From: Patescibacteria group bacterium
GTDB lineage: Bacteria > Patescibacteriota > Minisyncoccia > JACQLN01
Assembly: GCA_038065095.1 (NCBI GenBank)
Contig: JBBTRR010000001.1
Coordinates: forward strand, 113,546-177,545
Direction: 5' to 3'
DNA length: 64,000 bases
The notes under the pieces: generated by a model
What the model saw: only the letters and a program-made list of their open reading frames with translations
What the model was told of the DNA's origin: nothing
Databases searched by the model: none
Made by a program: the position numbers and the translations under genes
Shown here: one piece after another, positions 46,478 through 56,799 of the stretch
Numbering within the stretch: the first letter of the stretch is position 1
Layout of the letters: each line of letters starts with the position of its first letter

Positions 46478-47854
46478 ATGAAAACAATTTTTATAAGCAT
46501 TCTTCAAGGAGTCGAAGCAAAAAATATATTAAGAACTGATATATATAAAACTCTAATATCCCAACCAGATGTTAGGTTGGTTTTTTTTGTGGGCAGTAAA
46601 GATAAAATTGAATATTACAGTAAGGAATTTTATAATGACAGAATTATCTATGAAGTTGTTCCGAATTTTAGAGTTACAGTAGGAGAAATAATTTTAAGTT
46701 TTTTAAAGTTTAAACTTATCAATACCGAAACTATGGATTTAAGAAGACACATGGCAGCTCGCGATAGTAAATTCCATATAGTGTATTTTCCAATATCATA
46801 TATTTTTAATAGAATTTTTGCTAGATCCTTTGTTAGAAAAATTGTTAGATGGTGTGATATGAGATTTGTTCATAACAATATGTTTAAATTTGTTTTTGAT
46901 AAATATAAACCGGATGCTGTTTTCCTTGCTCATTTATTCGATGATATAGAGGTTGCAATGCTAAAGGAAGCCAAAAGACGCAAAGTTTTTAGCTTTGGGT
47001 TTATAAATTCTTGGGATAAATTAACTACTCGATGCATGATGAGAGCATTACCCAATAAATTATTTGTTTACAATAATATTGTTAAAGAAGAAGCTCATAA
47101 ATTAGGCGATATGAAATTATTGGATATTATTGCTGTGGGTATACCACATTACGATTTTTATTTTAAGGAAAAAGCTAACCCTAAAGAATTTCTTTCGAAA
47201 CATTATGGAATAGACATTTCAAAAGAAATATTATTATATTCGCCTTTAGGTAAATATTTTAGCAATTCAGATTGGGAAGTTATCGATTTAATTCAAGATT
47301 ATATTGTTAAGGGCTCGCTAATTAAGAGTGTGGAGTTACTTGTAAGATTTCAGCCTAATGATTTTCTTGATGAAAAAGAAATTGAAAAGCGACCATGGTT
47401 AAAATATTGTTGGCCTGGTGTAAGGTTTTCTAATAAAAGAGGCGTAGATTGGGATATGAGTAATAATGATCTAAGACATTTACACGATACTTTAGAAAAT
47501 ATATCTATACTTATTTGTTATGCTTCTAGTATAAGTATAGATGCGATTGTTTTTGATAAACCCGTTATAAATATTAATTTTGAAGTTAAAGAAAAACAGA
47601 AACTTTCTAAAACACCTACTTATTTTTACAAGACGAATCATTACCAAAAGGCTTTAAAAACTGGAGGCATAAAGCTTGTAGAAAATAAGGATCAGTTATT
47701 ATTTTGGATAAATAAATACTTATCGGATCCATCCATAGATAAAGACAACAGAAAGAAACTTGTAGAACAGCAATGTTATTTTTTAGATGGACATGCCGGA
47801 GAAAGAATTGGTTTAAATATGCTTTCTTTAATTAATTATGAAATTAGGAATTGA
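46478..47854 (+). CDS. TagF-like GT-B protein; paralogue 3 of 4
   Basis: NSWDK, GIPHYD, SSISIDA..FDKP, DGHAG.R. Confidence 0.65.
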   Translation: MKTIFISILQGVEAKNILRTDIYKTLISQPDVRLVFFVGSKDKIEYYSKEFYNDRIIYEVVPNFRVTVGEIILSFLKFKLINTETMDLRRHMAARDSKFHIVYFPISYIFNRIFARSFVRKIVRWCDMRFVHNNMFKFVFDKYKPDAVFLAHLFDDIEVAMLKEAKRRKVFSFGFINSWDKLTTRCMMRALPNKLFVYNNIVKEEAHKLGDMKLLDIIAVGIPHYDFYFKEKANPKEFLSKHYGIDISKEILLYSPLGKYFSNSDWEVIDLIQDYIVKGSLIKSVELLVRFQPNDFLDEKEIEKRPWLKYCWPGVRFSNKRGVDWDMSNNDLRHLHDTLENISILICYASSISIDAIVFDKPVININFEVKEKQKLSKTPTYFYKTNHYQKALKTGGIKLVENKDQLLFWINKYLSDPSIDKDNRKKLVEQQCYFLDGHAGERIGLNMLSLINYEIRN

Positions 47855-48158
47855 TATTGTAAAAATAAATAAATTTAAAAAGATTAAAAAAACCGATTTT
47901 TATTTATGGCAGAAAGTTTTTACTAAAAATGAATGGGAATATTCTTTTAAGGATAAACTTTATGCTTGTCATCTAGCTGGTATCTTTGCAGCAAAAGAGG
48001 CAGCTTTTAAGGCTATGGGTTGGACTAATTTTTCTGATTTGGGCAAAATTGAAGTAAGTCATGTAAAGGGTGGTTTGCCTATGTTAAATTTTAAAAAATT
48101 GCATGTCAGTATAAGCCATAGCGATGATACCGCTATAGCCGTAGTAATAGGACAATGA
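47838..48158 (+). CDS. acpS: Holo-ACP synthase (4'-phosphopantetheinyl transferase)
   Basis: LGIDIV, LAG.FAAKEA..KA, VSISH. Confidence 0.9.
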   Translation: MKLGIDIVKINKFKKIKKTDFYLWQKVFTKNEWEYSFKDKLYACHLAGIFAAKEAAFKAMGWTNFSDLGKIEVSHVKGGLPMLNFKKLHVSISHSDDTAIAVVIGQ

Positions 48159-49810
48159 ATTTTATAGATATACAAAAAAAGGTTGGTTTACTATTTGATA
48201 ATTCTGAAACATCTGTTTCGGAATATTTGGCCGTTAATTCAAAAGTTAATGAATTAAATAAAAAAGATATTCCTAGCTATTTTAGAAAGATTAAAAGTGC
48301 TTTTTTGGGTAGTTTTACGCTGCAGGGTTTGCCAGAAATTTTTAGAGTTGAGGGAGTGTTTCATAATTTACTTAGTGATAATTATCTTGCCCCCTACAAT
48401 CAGTTCTCACAACAAATTTTAGATAATACAAGCGATTTATATAAGTTCAATCCCAGTTTAGTTTATTTAATTTTGGATAAAAAAGATATTGTAGATTTGG
48501 GTCATATAAATGATTTAATAAGTAAATTAAAATCTCGTAGCAGTATAAAGAAGGTTATACTTTTTAATTTTGTTGAAGAAGTTTCCAATTGGAACAATAG
48601 TTTATCTAATATGTTTGAAAGTGATAATTTTGTGTCTATATTTGATTTCAATAATTTCTTAAAAGAAATAGGTCATAAAGAATATTGGAATACTAAATAT
48701 GCAGAGTTGGGTGATTTAAGGTTGAGTCCTCAAGCTTTTCCTAAATTGGCTGAAAAAATTTTAAGTTATGCGGTGGCTGAAAGTGGTGGTACTAAAAAAT
48801 GCTTAATGACAGATTTAGATGGTACTTTATGGAATGGTGTTGTTGGCGAAGATGGAGTAGATAATATATCTTTAGATTTAGATTTACAAGATATAATTTT
48901 GCAGTTATATAAAAATGGAATTGTTTTAACTATAAATAGTAAAAATAATTTTCAAGACGCCATGGATGTTTTTGAAAAACATCCTAAGACAGTTTTAAAT
49001 AAAAACCATTTTGCTACTTGGCGTATAAATTGGCAAGATAAATATGTAAATGCTCAAGAAATGGCAAAAGAATTAAATTTGGGTGTTGATAGCTTTGCTT
49101 TTATAGATGACGATCCTTTTCAAAGAAATATGATTAGAGAATTTTTGCCCGAAGTAGCTGTTTTTCATCCGAACAGATTAAAGGATTATATAGGCTTTTC
49201 TTCTTTAGTTATTACAGAGGAAGATAAAAAACGTAGTGAGATGTATGTGCAGGAAAGACAGAGGAATGAACTCAAGACAACCTTAAAGGGCCTGGATGAT
49301 TTTTTGAAAGGGTTGTCGCTTGAGGTTATTGTAAGTGACATGAATAACGCTAATATTTCTAGGATTTCTCAGTTAACGCAAAAAACAAACCAATTTAATT
49401 TAACAACACGTAGATATTCCGAAGAAGAATTAAGGCGTTTTCTAGATAATGGTAAAATACTAGCTATATCAGTAAAAGACAGGTTTGGTGATTATGGTCT
49501 TACAGGTATATGCATGGTTAAGTTTAAAGAGAGCGAGTGGTTTGTAGATAACTTTTTATTAAGTTGTCGCATACTGGGTAGGGGCGTAGAGAATACTTTT
49601 TTGTCTTATATTTGTAACTTGGCTAAAACTGAAGGAGCTAGTAAGGTTATAGGAGAGTTTATTCCAACTGCAAAAAATAAACCATCGGAAAATTTCTTAA
49701 AAGATTTTGAGTTTAATTGTGTTTCAAGTGATGTTGCGAGGATTATTTATGAGGAAAAATTAGATAAAGAATATAGTTATTCTCCGTTTATAAAAATCAA
49801 ACATGAATAA
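48155..49810 (+). CDS. FkbH-like HAD-IIIC glyceryl-ACP synthase
   Basis: DLDGTLW.G..GEDG, SKNN, INW.DK, FIDD, QL..KTNQFNLTT.RY, DRFGDYG, LSCRILGRGVE. Confidence 0.93.
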   Translation: MNFIDIQKKVGLLFDNSETSVSEYLAVNSKVNELNKKDIPSYFRKIKSAFLGSFTLQGLPEIFRVEGVFHNLLSDNYLAPYNQFSQQILDNTSDLYKFNPSLVYLILDKKDIVDLGHINDLISKLKSRSSIKKVILFNFVEEVSNWNNSLSNMFESDNFVSIFDFNNFLKEIGHKEYWNTKYAELGDLRLSPQAFPKLAEKILSYAVAESGGTKKCLMTDLDGTLWNGVVGEDGVDNISLDLDLQDIILQLYKNGIVLTINSKNNFQDAMDVFEKHPKTVLNKNHFATWRINWQDKYVNAQEMAKELNLGVDSFAFIDDDPFQRNMIREFLPEVAVFHPNRLKDYIGFSSLVITEEDKKRSEMYVQERQRNELKTTLKGLDDFLKGLSLEVIVSDMNNANISRISQLTQKTNQFNLTTRRYSEEELRRFLDNGKILAISVKDRFGDYGLTGICMVKFKESEWFVDNFLLSCRILGRGVENTFLSYICNLAKTEGASKVIGEFIPTAKNKPSENFLKDFEFNCVSSDVARIIYEEKLDKEYSYSPFIKIKHE

Positions 49811-50033
49811 GCTTTTAAATATTTTAAGCAGAGTACTAGATATTAAAATAGAAGATATAAATGATAATATTGGTCCCGACAACACAGAAGGTTGGGATTC
49901 TTTTAATGGTTTGTTATTAGCCACCGAACTAGAAAAAGAATTTAAAGTTAAATTTACCATGGAAGATATTGTTTCGATTAAAAATGTTGGGGATATAAAA
50001 ACTATTTTAAAAAAACGTGGTTTAAAAATTTAA
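49803..50033 (+). CDS. Acyl carrier protein
   Basis: GWDSF Ppant Ser, LE.EF.V.F; 76 aa, acidic. Confidence 0.9.
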   Translation: MNKLLNILSRVLDIKIEDINDNIGPDNTEGWDSFNGLLLATELEKEFKVKFTMEDIVSIKNVGDIKTILKKRGLKI

Positions 50034-50037
50034 TCCT

Positions 50038-50463
50038 ATGAGCTTGAAACCTAACAGTTTGTTATATGAAGAGATAAAAATAGGCGATATTTTTTCTTTC
50101 GAGTATTTTGTAGATGAGTCTACTGTTTTTAAATTTGCTGAACTTACTGGTGATTTCAATCCTCTTCACATGGACGAGTCTTATGCCAAAGAAACTCTAT
50201 TTGGGGGCAGAATTGTTCATGGAATGTTATTAGCCGGATTATTTTCTACGTTGGTAGGAATGCTTTGCCCTGGTGAGCGGGCTTTGTATTTATCACAAGA
50301 TATTAGTTTTAGAAACCCGCTTTTTTTGGGTAAAAAAATAAAAGTAGAAGGGAAAGTTCTTAGTAAGTTCGATGGAATAAATGTTTTAGAAATTAAGACA
50401 TTAATAAAAGATTTAGAAGGGAATATTTTTGTAGATGGATTAGCAAAGATAAAAGTTAGATAA
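50038..50463 (+). CDS. MaoC-like hot-dog dehydratase
   Basis: FA.LTGD.NPLH.D..YA....FG.RIVHGM. Confidence 0.92.
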   Translation: MSLKPNSLLYEEIKIGDIFSFEYFVDESTVFKFAELTGDFNPLHMDESYAKETLFGGRIVHGMLLAGLFSTLVGMLCPGERALYLSQDISFRNPLFLGKKIKVEGKVLSKFDGINVLEIKTLIKDLEGNIFVDGLAKIKVR

Positions 50464-50467
50464 TAAA

Positions 50468-51160
50468 ATGTTTAAAGATAAAATAATATTAATATTAGGC
50501 GGTACAGGCAGTATCGGTTCGTCTATAGCTGAAGCTTTCAATGACGAAGGAGCTATCGTTTGCTGTCATGGGCAAACTGGAGGCTATTCGGCTGATTTAA
50601 GAAATAGTACCGAGACGACTCAGCTAATAGAAAAAATTATTGGTAAATACGGGTTTATAGATGTAATCGTTAACTCTGTTAGTAATCTAGCTAATATTGC
50701 TAGTTTCGAAAAGAAAGATTGGGCTGATTTTATTGGCCATTTAGAAATACAGCTTAAATCCTGTGTTGAAACTACAAAATTAGTTTTGCCCTATATGAAA
50801 AAACGGGGTAATGGCAAGATAATAAATATTTTAAGCAGCTATACGATTGGTAGCCCTCCTTCAAGTTTATCTGATTATGTTACAGCTAAGTATGCTTTAT
50901 TAGGATTGACTAAAGCTTTAGCTAAAGAGTTGGGACGGTTTAATATAAATGTAAACGCAGTTTCTCCTAGCTTTATTAAAAATTCTTTTACGAAAAATAT
51001 ACCAGAAAAACTAGATGAGATATTGATTTCACAAACGCCTATGGGGCGACTGACTACAGAAAAAGATGTTGCTAACACTGTTTTATTTTTAGCTTCAGAA
51101 AAGGCCAATTTTATTAGTGGAGAAAACATAGTAGTTTCTGGAGGTAGTGTTATGAACTAA
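50468..51160 (+). CDS. FabG-like SDR ketoreductase
   Basis: GGTGSIG, Y..AK (YVTAK), NAVSP, TPMGRL, FISG..I.V.GG. Confidence 0.88.
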   Translation: MFKDKIILILGGTGSIGSSIAEAFNDEGAIVCCHGQTGGYSADLRNSTETTQLIEKIIGKYGFIDVIVNSVSNLANIASFEKKDWADFIGHLEIQLKSCVETTKLVLPYMKKRGNGKIINILSSYTIGSPPSSLSDYVTAKYALLGLTKALAKELGRFNINVNAVSPSFIKNSFTKNIPEKLDEILISQTPMGRLTTEKDVANTVLFLASEKANFISGENIVVSGGSVMN

Positions 51161-51168
51161 ATACTAGG

Positions 51169-52182
51169 ATGAATATATCTCTATACGAAGATAGTGACTT
51201 CAAAATATTTTCTGAATATATAAACAAGTTTTTTAAACCTAACTATATACTTGGTTACAAGGAATATATAAATTGGCAATATGAAAACTCTCTTTACATA
51301 TTAAAGATAGAGAACAGAGTGGCTGGCCATTTTGGTTTTAGAGATATACCTTACAAAATCGGACATAATGTTGAAAATGTTAGAGTTTTGATGAATTTAT
51401 TTGTTGTACCAGGACTTAGAACAATGGGTGCAGGCGCATTTTTGGCTAAAAAAGTTTTTGATACTCCAACCCCCATACTTGTTTCTGGTTATACACCAAT
51501 ATCTCAAAAGCTTTTTTCTTATTTAAGTAAAAGTTGGAAAGAAGCTGGGAATTTTTGTCGTTTTATTAAAATTTTAAATCCCGGAAATAACTTTTTAAAA
51601 AAATATAATATTCCTCATGTTGTTCCCGAGTATAGTAGGGGAAAAAAATATTTAAAAATAAAAAAACAAAAAAATGTTATTATGTTGGAAAGAGCTTGGT
51701 TAGAGGCTAAGGAGAGATATACTGTCACAGTAGAACGAAATCAGGATTATTTAAAATGGCGTTTTTTAGAAAATCCATCTATAGACTATTCGGTATTTAC
51801 TTGTTTTAAAGACGATTCTCCCTGCGGTTTTATTATTGGTAGGATAGAGTCGGATCAGGGTTTTACTATGGCTAGGATCATAGATTTTATAACTGTAGAA
51901 GAAGCAGAAATTCCACTAATAGAAAATTTTGTAAGATGGGCTTATGAGAGTGATTGTGATGCTGTTGATTTTTTATTTTCCGGTAAATTTTATGAAAAAA
52001 GTTTAAAAGAAAGTGGTTTTTTTGATGTTACTGATACAGATTTTGTTAACTTTCCTGTACTTTTTAGTCCGATATCAAATAAAAAAACTTTTATAAATAT
52101 AGCCCACAATTTGGATTTCCCTTTAGATCAGTGTTATTTTAATAAAGCTGATGGGGATCAAGATAGACCTAATCCACATTAA
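51169..52182 (+). CDS. GNAT-fold putative acyltransferase
   Basis: Y..WQY, LFVVPGLRTMGAG (motif A-like), R...YL.WRF. Confidence 0.6.
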   Translation: MNISLYEDSDFKIFSEYINKFFKPNYILGYKEYINWQYENSLYILKIENRVAGHFGFRDIPYKIGHNVENVRVLMNLFVVPGLRTMGAGAFLAKKVFDTPTPILVSGYTPISQKLFSYLSKSWKEAGNFCRFIKILNPGNNFLKKYNIPHVVPEYSRGKKYLKIKKQKNVIMLERAWLEAKERYTVTVERNQDYLKWRFLENPSIDYSVFTCFKDDSPCGFIIGRIESDQGFTMARIIDFITVEEAEIPLIENFVRWAYESDCDAVDFLFSGKFYEKSLKESGFFDVTDTDFVNFPVLFSPISNKKTFINIAHNLDFPLDQCYFNKADGDQDRPNPH

Positions 52183-52209
52183 TTGATATATCAGATATTT
52201 ATAAAAGTT

Positions 52210-53187
52210 ATGAAGAAAAAAGCATTAGATGAGTTTCCTTATGGCGAGGCCGAGTTAGAAAATATCCCCTGTAATTTATGTGGGTCGCTAGATCATAAAA
52301 TACTGGCTAAGCGTGACCGCAACAATATCGAGATTAGCACGGTTATATGTAAGAGATGTGGTCTGATCTTTTTAAATCCAAGGATGACACGTACTTGGTA
52401 TCAAAAATATTATCAATTTGAATACCGCAGACAAGTTGAATCTTACGGCTCTAAGGAATCGGCTAGTTTGGACGATCTTTTTGATTGGTCTAAAAAACAC
52501 GGCCGATTTTTGAGCACTCTACTGGGTCAATATTTAGTTTCCGGCGGTCTTACAATTGAAGCTGGTTCTAGTGTTGGAGGAATTTTGAAGGGTTTAAACC
52601 CTTTTTTAAAGGGAGAGGTTATTGGTATAGAGCCTTCTAAATTGGAAGCAGAGTATGCTATAAGAAATGGAATCCCAACTTTGCCTGTTTTTTTTGAAGA
52701 TATTGGAACTAATGATATAGGTAAATTAAAAGGAGCAACTAATATTTTTTGTGTTCAGACCTTAAATCATCTTCAAGACCCTAAAGGTTTTTTTGACTGG
52801 GCTTACAATTCTTTAGTCGACAATGGGCGATTAGTTTTGGAGGTGAAGAATTTTAGACACCATGCTAAAAAAGTAGGTAATCTTCGCCAAGCTATTCAAA
52901 TAGACCATACTTACATGTTTTTACCGGAGACTTTAGAAAATTTTATAAAGGCTTGTGGATTTGAAATTATATTTAAGGATATAGATGAATATAAAAGCAA
53001 GAAAGAACTAGAGAATCAGGGGAAGCCCGATAGTCATATGCGTTTTGTGGCTGTTAAATCCGAGCGAGGTAAATACAAAATTTCTTATGATTATAAAAAA
53101 ATTAAAAAAACAATCAATTTTTTAAAGATTTATCTTAATTGTTTTTTTAATTATCGCTTACCTAGAAAAGTTAAATCGTTACTATAA
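52210..53187 (+). CDS. SAM-dependent methyltransferase with Zn-binding N-terminus
   Basis: CNLCG...C..CGL..LNPR, IEAGSSVG, L.HL.DP. Confidence 0.82.
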   Translation: MKKKALDEFPYGEAELENIPCNLCGSLDHKILAKRDRNNIEISTVICKRCGLIFLNPRMTRTWYQKYYQFEYRRQVESYGSKESASLDDLFDWSKKHGRFLSTLLGQYLVSGGLTIEAGSSVGGILKGLNPFLKGEVIGIEPSKLEAEYAIRNGIPTLPVFFEDIGTNDIGKLKGATNIFCVQTLNHLQDPKGFFDWAYNSLVDNGRLVLEVKNFRHHAKKVGNLRQAIQIDHTYMFLPETLENFIKACGFEIIFKDIDEYKSKKELENQGKPDSHMRFVAVKSERGKYKISYDYKKIKKTINFLKIYLNCFFNYRLPRKVKSLL

Positions 53188-53192
53188 AAAAT

Positions 53193-54113
53193 ATGGAAAA
53201 AAATTCAACTAAGCTTATGATATCTGTTATATTTCCAACCTATAACGAAGAGGGTAATGTAGGAGAACTTCATAAATTAAATAAAGAAACTTTAGATAAA
53301 ATTGGTTTACCTTATGAAATAATAATCGTAGATAATGGATCTAAAGATAATACTCTCGCTATTTTAAAGGGGCTTTCTCCTATTAAAATTATATCTTTGA
53401 CCAAAAACTTTGGACAAACAGCTGCATTGGAAATTGGGATTAATTCTGCTAAGGGAGACATGATTGTAATTATGGATGGTGATATGCAAAATGATCCGCG
53501 CGATATTCCCAAGTTACTATCAAAATTAGAAGAAGGCTATGATGTTGTTTCGGGTTGGAGAAAAGATAGGCACGATAATTTTATTAGAAAGGCTCATTCA
53601 TATTTAGCTAACTGGCTTACCAGAAAAATTTCTGGCCTCAACCTTCGTGATCATGCTTGTGCTTTAAAAATTTATCGAAAAGAGTTTTTAAAACAAATAA
53701 GATTATACGGTGTTCAGCATGTTTTTCTAGCGGCTCAAGTTTATGGATTTGGTGCTCGCATTGCAGAAGTAGAAGTTGTACATCATGCTAGAAAACACGG
53801 TTTATCCAAGCATCATTTTTTTGCTGGTATTAAGGCCATAGCAGATTTAATAATGGTCAGATTTTTGTCTCCCGATACTAGACCTTTTGTTTTTTTTGCT
53901 GGTTGCGGTTTTTGGATATGGTTTTTAGGTATCGTAAATGCAGTATTGGGTGCTATCTATGGAAGCCGTGGTTTTATTATAGTCGCTCTGATTTTAACTG
54001 GTTTAGGCTTTCTTTTATTTGTTTTGGGGTTTATGTCGGAGCTTTTAAGAAGAATTTATCTTGAATTAAGATCAGAAAGGCCAATCTTGGTAAAAGAAAT
54101 AATTGAACAATGA
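53193..54113 (+). CDS. GT2 polyprenol-phosphate glycosyltransferase (ArnC/DPM-like)
   Basis: PTYNEE, DNGS.D, NFGQ, DGDMQNDP; paralogue of 41818..42663. Confidence 0.9.
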   Translation: MEKNSTKLMISVIFPTYNEEGNVGELHKLNKETLDKIGLPYEIIIVDNGSKDNTLAILKGLSPIKIISLTKNFGQTAALEIGINSAKGDMIVIMDGDMQNDPRDIPKLLSKLEEGYDVVSGWRKDRHDNFIRKAHSYLANWLTRKISGLNLRDHACALKIYRKEFLKQIRLYGVQHVFLAAQVYGFGARIAEVEVVHHARKHGLSKHHFFAGIKAIADLIMVRFLSPDTRPFVFFAGCGFWIWFLGIVNAVLGAIYGSRGFIIVALILTGLGFLLFVLGFMSELLRRIYLELRSERPILVKEIIEQ

Positions 54114-55948
54114 ATTTAATTAAAAAGTACTGGCTCATTGTTATGTTGTTGGCTCTTTTAGTTGGTGTTTTATATATCGCACCCCAAATCATAATTAAAA
54201 TGAGAGTAGAGGGTTTGGGACATAAATTTATTTTATTTCAATTCATTGAGTTGGCTGACGGTGGCGATGCTTATTTTCAATTTGCTAGAGAGATTTATGA
54301 AGGTCATTTTCCTCCTGGAGATTTATTCTCTGACAAAAATTTACCGAATATTTATCCTTGGTTACCCCCGCTTTTTTTTGGTTTTTTAATTAAAATTCTT
54401 AAAGATATAAATTTAGCCTATATAGCTGCTAATTTTATTTTTCCAGCACTTTTTTTTACATTATTCTATTTTTTAGGGCAGGTTATTTTTAAAAAAAATA
54501 AATTATGGTCTTTATTTCTTGCTTTGGTGGCTGTCTTAACCCCGATGCCGCTTTTGGCAGACAGAATGTTTTTTAGTTTTAAATTATTTGGTGATATTTT
54601 TTTAAAAAATTTTTATCCTGAAGTTAAGACTATCTTGCCTACTCTTTACTTTTCTAGAGCTGATTATCCTCTTCTTACTCACATTTTTTATTTGCCAGCT
54701 ATAATCACTCTCTTTATTTTTTGGCGTAGACCTGGGTTTAAAACGGCGATGTTGGCTGGTTTTACAGGAGGATTATTAGCTTACGTTTATTTTCATAAGT
54801 GGGTATATTGGATGGTTGTGTTAGGTTTCCTTTTTTTATTATCTATATTTTTTCTAAAAAAAGAAACCAAAAGATTACAACTTTTTTTAGTTTTAGGTTT
54901 TACCACCATCTTAACTAGTATTCCTTATTTTATAAATTATTTTAGATTAGCCAGCTTCAATGGTTCTAAGGATTTAATACAAAGATTATCTCTTGAAGTG
55001 GGGAGGTCGGTAAATTTATCTGTTTGGCCTCAATATATAATTTATTTTTCTTTGGCGGTATTAGTTTATTTGATTTATTTTAAAAAAGATTTACCATTAA
55101 CCATTTTGTATTGGTCGTTTTTATTAGCAGCTTTTTTTGTTTGGAATATTCAGGTTATAATCGGTTTTGTTCCGCACTCCGATCACTGGCCAAGGGCAAT
55201 AAATCCCTTGATTTTTTTAGTTATTTTTGATTTGGCTTATAATTTAGTCCAAAGAATAATAAAGCGAGTGCCCACATTAAACAGGGTCTTTATTTTTAGC
55301 ATGGTTTTATTGATGGTTTTATTGGTCTTTAAAAAAACGATAAACGCAGTTAAATTTTTAGAAGTCCCAAATGATCAAATAATTTCTAACTATACACTAC
55401 CAGAGAGTGTTTTAGATTCTTATTCTTGGATTGAAAAAAACTATAGCGAACCTATTGTGATTTCGCCTTCTTTTATATCATCTATTTATCTTTCTGCTTT
55501 TACTTCTAGTCGTCCTTTTTTGCCATGGGGTGGCGTTAGTCCTATGTCTAATTACTCTTTAGAAGAGTTATTTTTGAAATCTAATAAGAATTTTTATATA
55601 CCAAAAAACATTTTTACAGAAAGGCTCGAGAAAAATGGTTTGCCGTGTACTAAAAAATGTAATTTGCTCTATGTTAATGCAAATTTTAAAGACACTAGAC
55701 TTTATTTATATCAACTTTATTTTATGGATAAAAATAATACGCAAAATAGAGATATTCCTGCATATAAAATCGAAGAATTATCTCAACGTTATGATAAACT
55801 AGAAACCAGTTGGAAAAAAACAGGGGCTGATTTGGTATATCTTGGTCCATGGGAGAATATTTTTAATGGTTCTATTTTAAAAAATGATAAAGATCTATCT
55901 CTTGTTTATTCTAATAAAGAAGTGGAGATTTATAAAATTATAAAATGA
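54110..55948 (+). CDS. Polytopic membrane protein, putative GT-C-like glycosyltransferase
   Basis: About 11-13 TMs, acidic residues in the first external loop (DGGD..Y), soluble C-terminal domain; adjacent to a GT2 lipid-sugar synthase. Confidence 0.6.
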   Translation: MNLIKKYWLIVMLLALLVGVLYIAPQIIIKMRVEGLGHKFILFQFIELADGGDAYFQFAREIYEGHFPPGDLFSDKNLPNIYPWLPPLFFGFLIKILKDINLAYIAANFIFPALFFTLFYFLGQVIFKKNKLWSLFLALVAVLTPMPLLADRMFFSFKLFGDIFLKNFYPEVKTILPTLYFSRADYPLLTHIFYLPAIITLFIFWRRPGFKTAMLAGFTGGLLAYVYFHKWVYWMVVLGFLFLLSIFFLKKETKRLQLFLVLGFTTILTSIPYFINYFRLASFNGSKDLIQRLSLEVGRSVNLSVWPQYIIYFSLAVLVYLIYFKKDLPLTILYWSFLLAAFFVWNIQVIIGFVPHSDHWPRAINPLIFLVIFDLAYNLVQRIIKRVPTLNRVFIFSMVLLMVLLVFKKTINAVKFLEVPNDQIISNYTLPESVLDSYSWIEKNYSEPIVISPSFISSIYLSAFTSSRPFLPWGGVSPMSNYSLEELFLKSNKNFYIPKNIFTERLEKNGLPCTKKCNLLYVNANFKDTRLYLYQLYFMDKNNTQNRDIPAYKIEELSQRYDKLETSWKKTGADLVYLGPWENIFNGSILKNDKDLSLVYSNKEVEIYKIIK

Positions 55949-56745
55949 GTAAAAATATTTTGTTAAAATTTAAAAAGATTCCATTAAAAATTGTTGATGA
56001 AAAACCTTTATTTATTCCAGAAGAAGATTTTAAAAATATTGAAGAGGGTCTACATTCTGGTTTTTTAAATAGATTTAAGACTTTTCTCAAGAGATTTCCA
56101 CAAATTTATTCTTTTATTTTTTATTTTATAGCCCCAGCAATTTTTCTTGGCCGAGAACCAAAATCAATATTTAGCGTTCTTAATAAAGATAGTTTGATTA
56201 TAGATTTGGGCTCTGGTAATCGCAGACTTAGCAAGAATATTGTAAATGTAGATATCCATCCATGGTCAGAAGTAGATATTTTGGCCGATGCCCACGATTT
56301 GCCTTTTGAAGATAACTCTGTTGATGGAGTTGTTCTTTCTTGGGTGATAGAGCATATGGCTGACCCTTTAAAAGTAGTATCGGAAATACATAGGGTCCTT
56401 AAAAAGGGTGGCTATTTTTATCTCTCAACCAATTTTATAACTCCCTACCATCCATCTCCAAAGGATTATTATCGCTGGACCGCTGAAGGTTTAGGGGTAT
56501 TGTTAAAAGATTTTAATGTTTTAGAACTAAAACCTCACGTTGGTCCAACCTGTGCTCTCTTATCTGTTTTGCAAGAATGGTTGTCTTTGGTTTTATCTTT
56601 TAATATAAAAATATTAAAAGATTTTTTATGGATATTTTTTGTGGTAGTAACCTCACCATTAAAATTTTTGGATCTAATCTTTATTCATTATAAATCAGCG
56701 GATATTATAACCGCAGGCTTTTATGTTATTGCCAAAAAAGGATAA
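55945..56745 (+). CDS. SAM-dependent methyltransferase (type 11)
   Basis: IDLGSG, DAHDLPF.D.S.D, VIEH..DP, HRVLKKGG, P.DYYRWT. Confidence 0.9.
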   Translation: MSKNILLKFKKIPLKIVDEKPLFIPEEDFKNIEEGLHSGFLNRFKTFLKRFPQIYSFIFYFIAPAIFLGREPKSIFSVLNKDSLIIDLGSGNRRLSKNIVNVDIHPWSEVDILADAHDLPFEDNSVDGVVLSWVIEHMADPLKVVSEIHRVLKKGGYFYLSTNFITPYHPSPKDYYRWTAEGLGVLLKDFNVLELKPHVGPTCALLSVLQEWLSLVLSFNIKILKDFLWIFFVVVTSPLKFLDLIFIHYKSADIITAGFYVIAKKG

Positions 56746-56799
56746 ATAAATTAACCTCATACTAGATAAGTCCTTTAAAATTTAATCAAGGAGGTTGGT

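Noticed and set aside
47838-51160. Fatty-acid or polyketide synthase cluster
   Set aside because: No ketosynthase or malonyl transferase; the module fits glyceryl/lactyl-ACP formation better.
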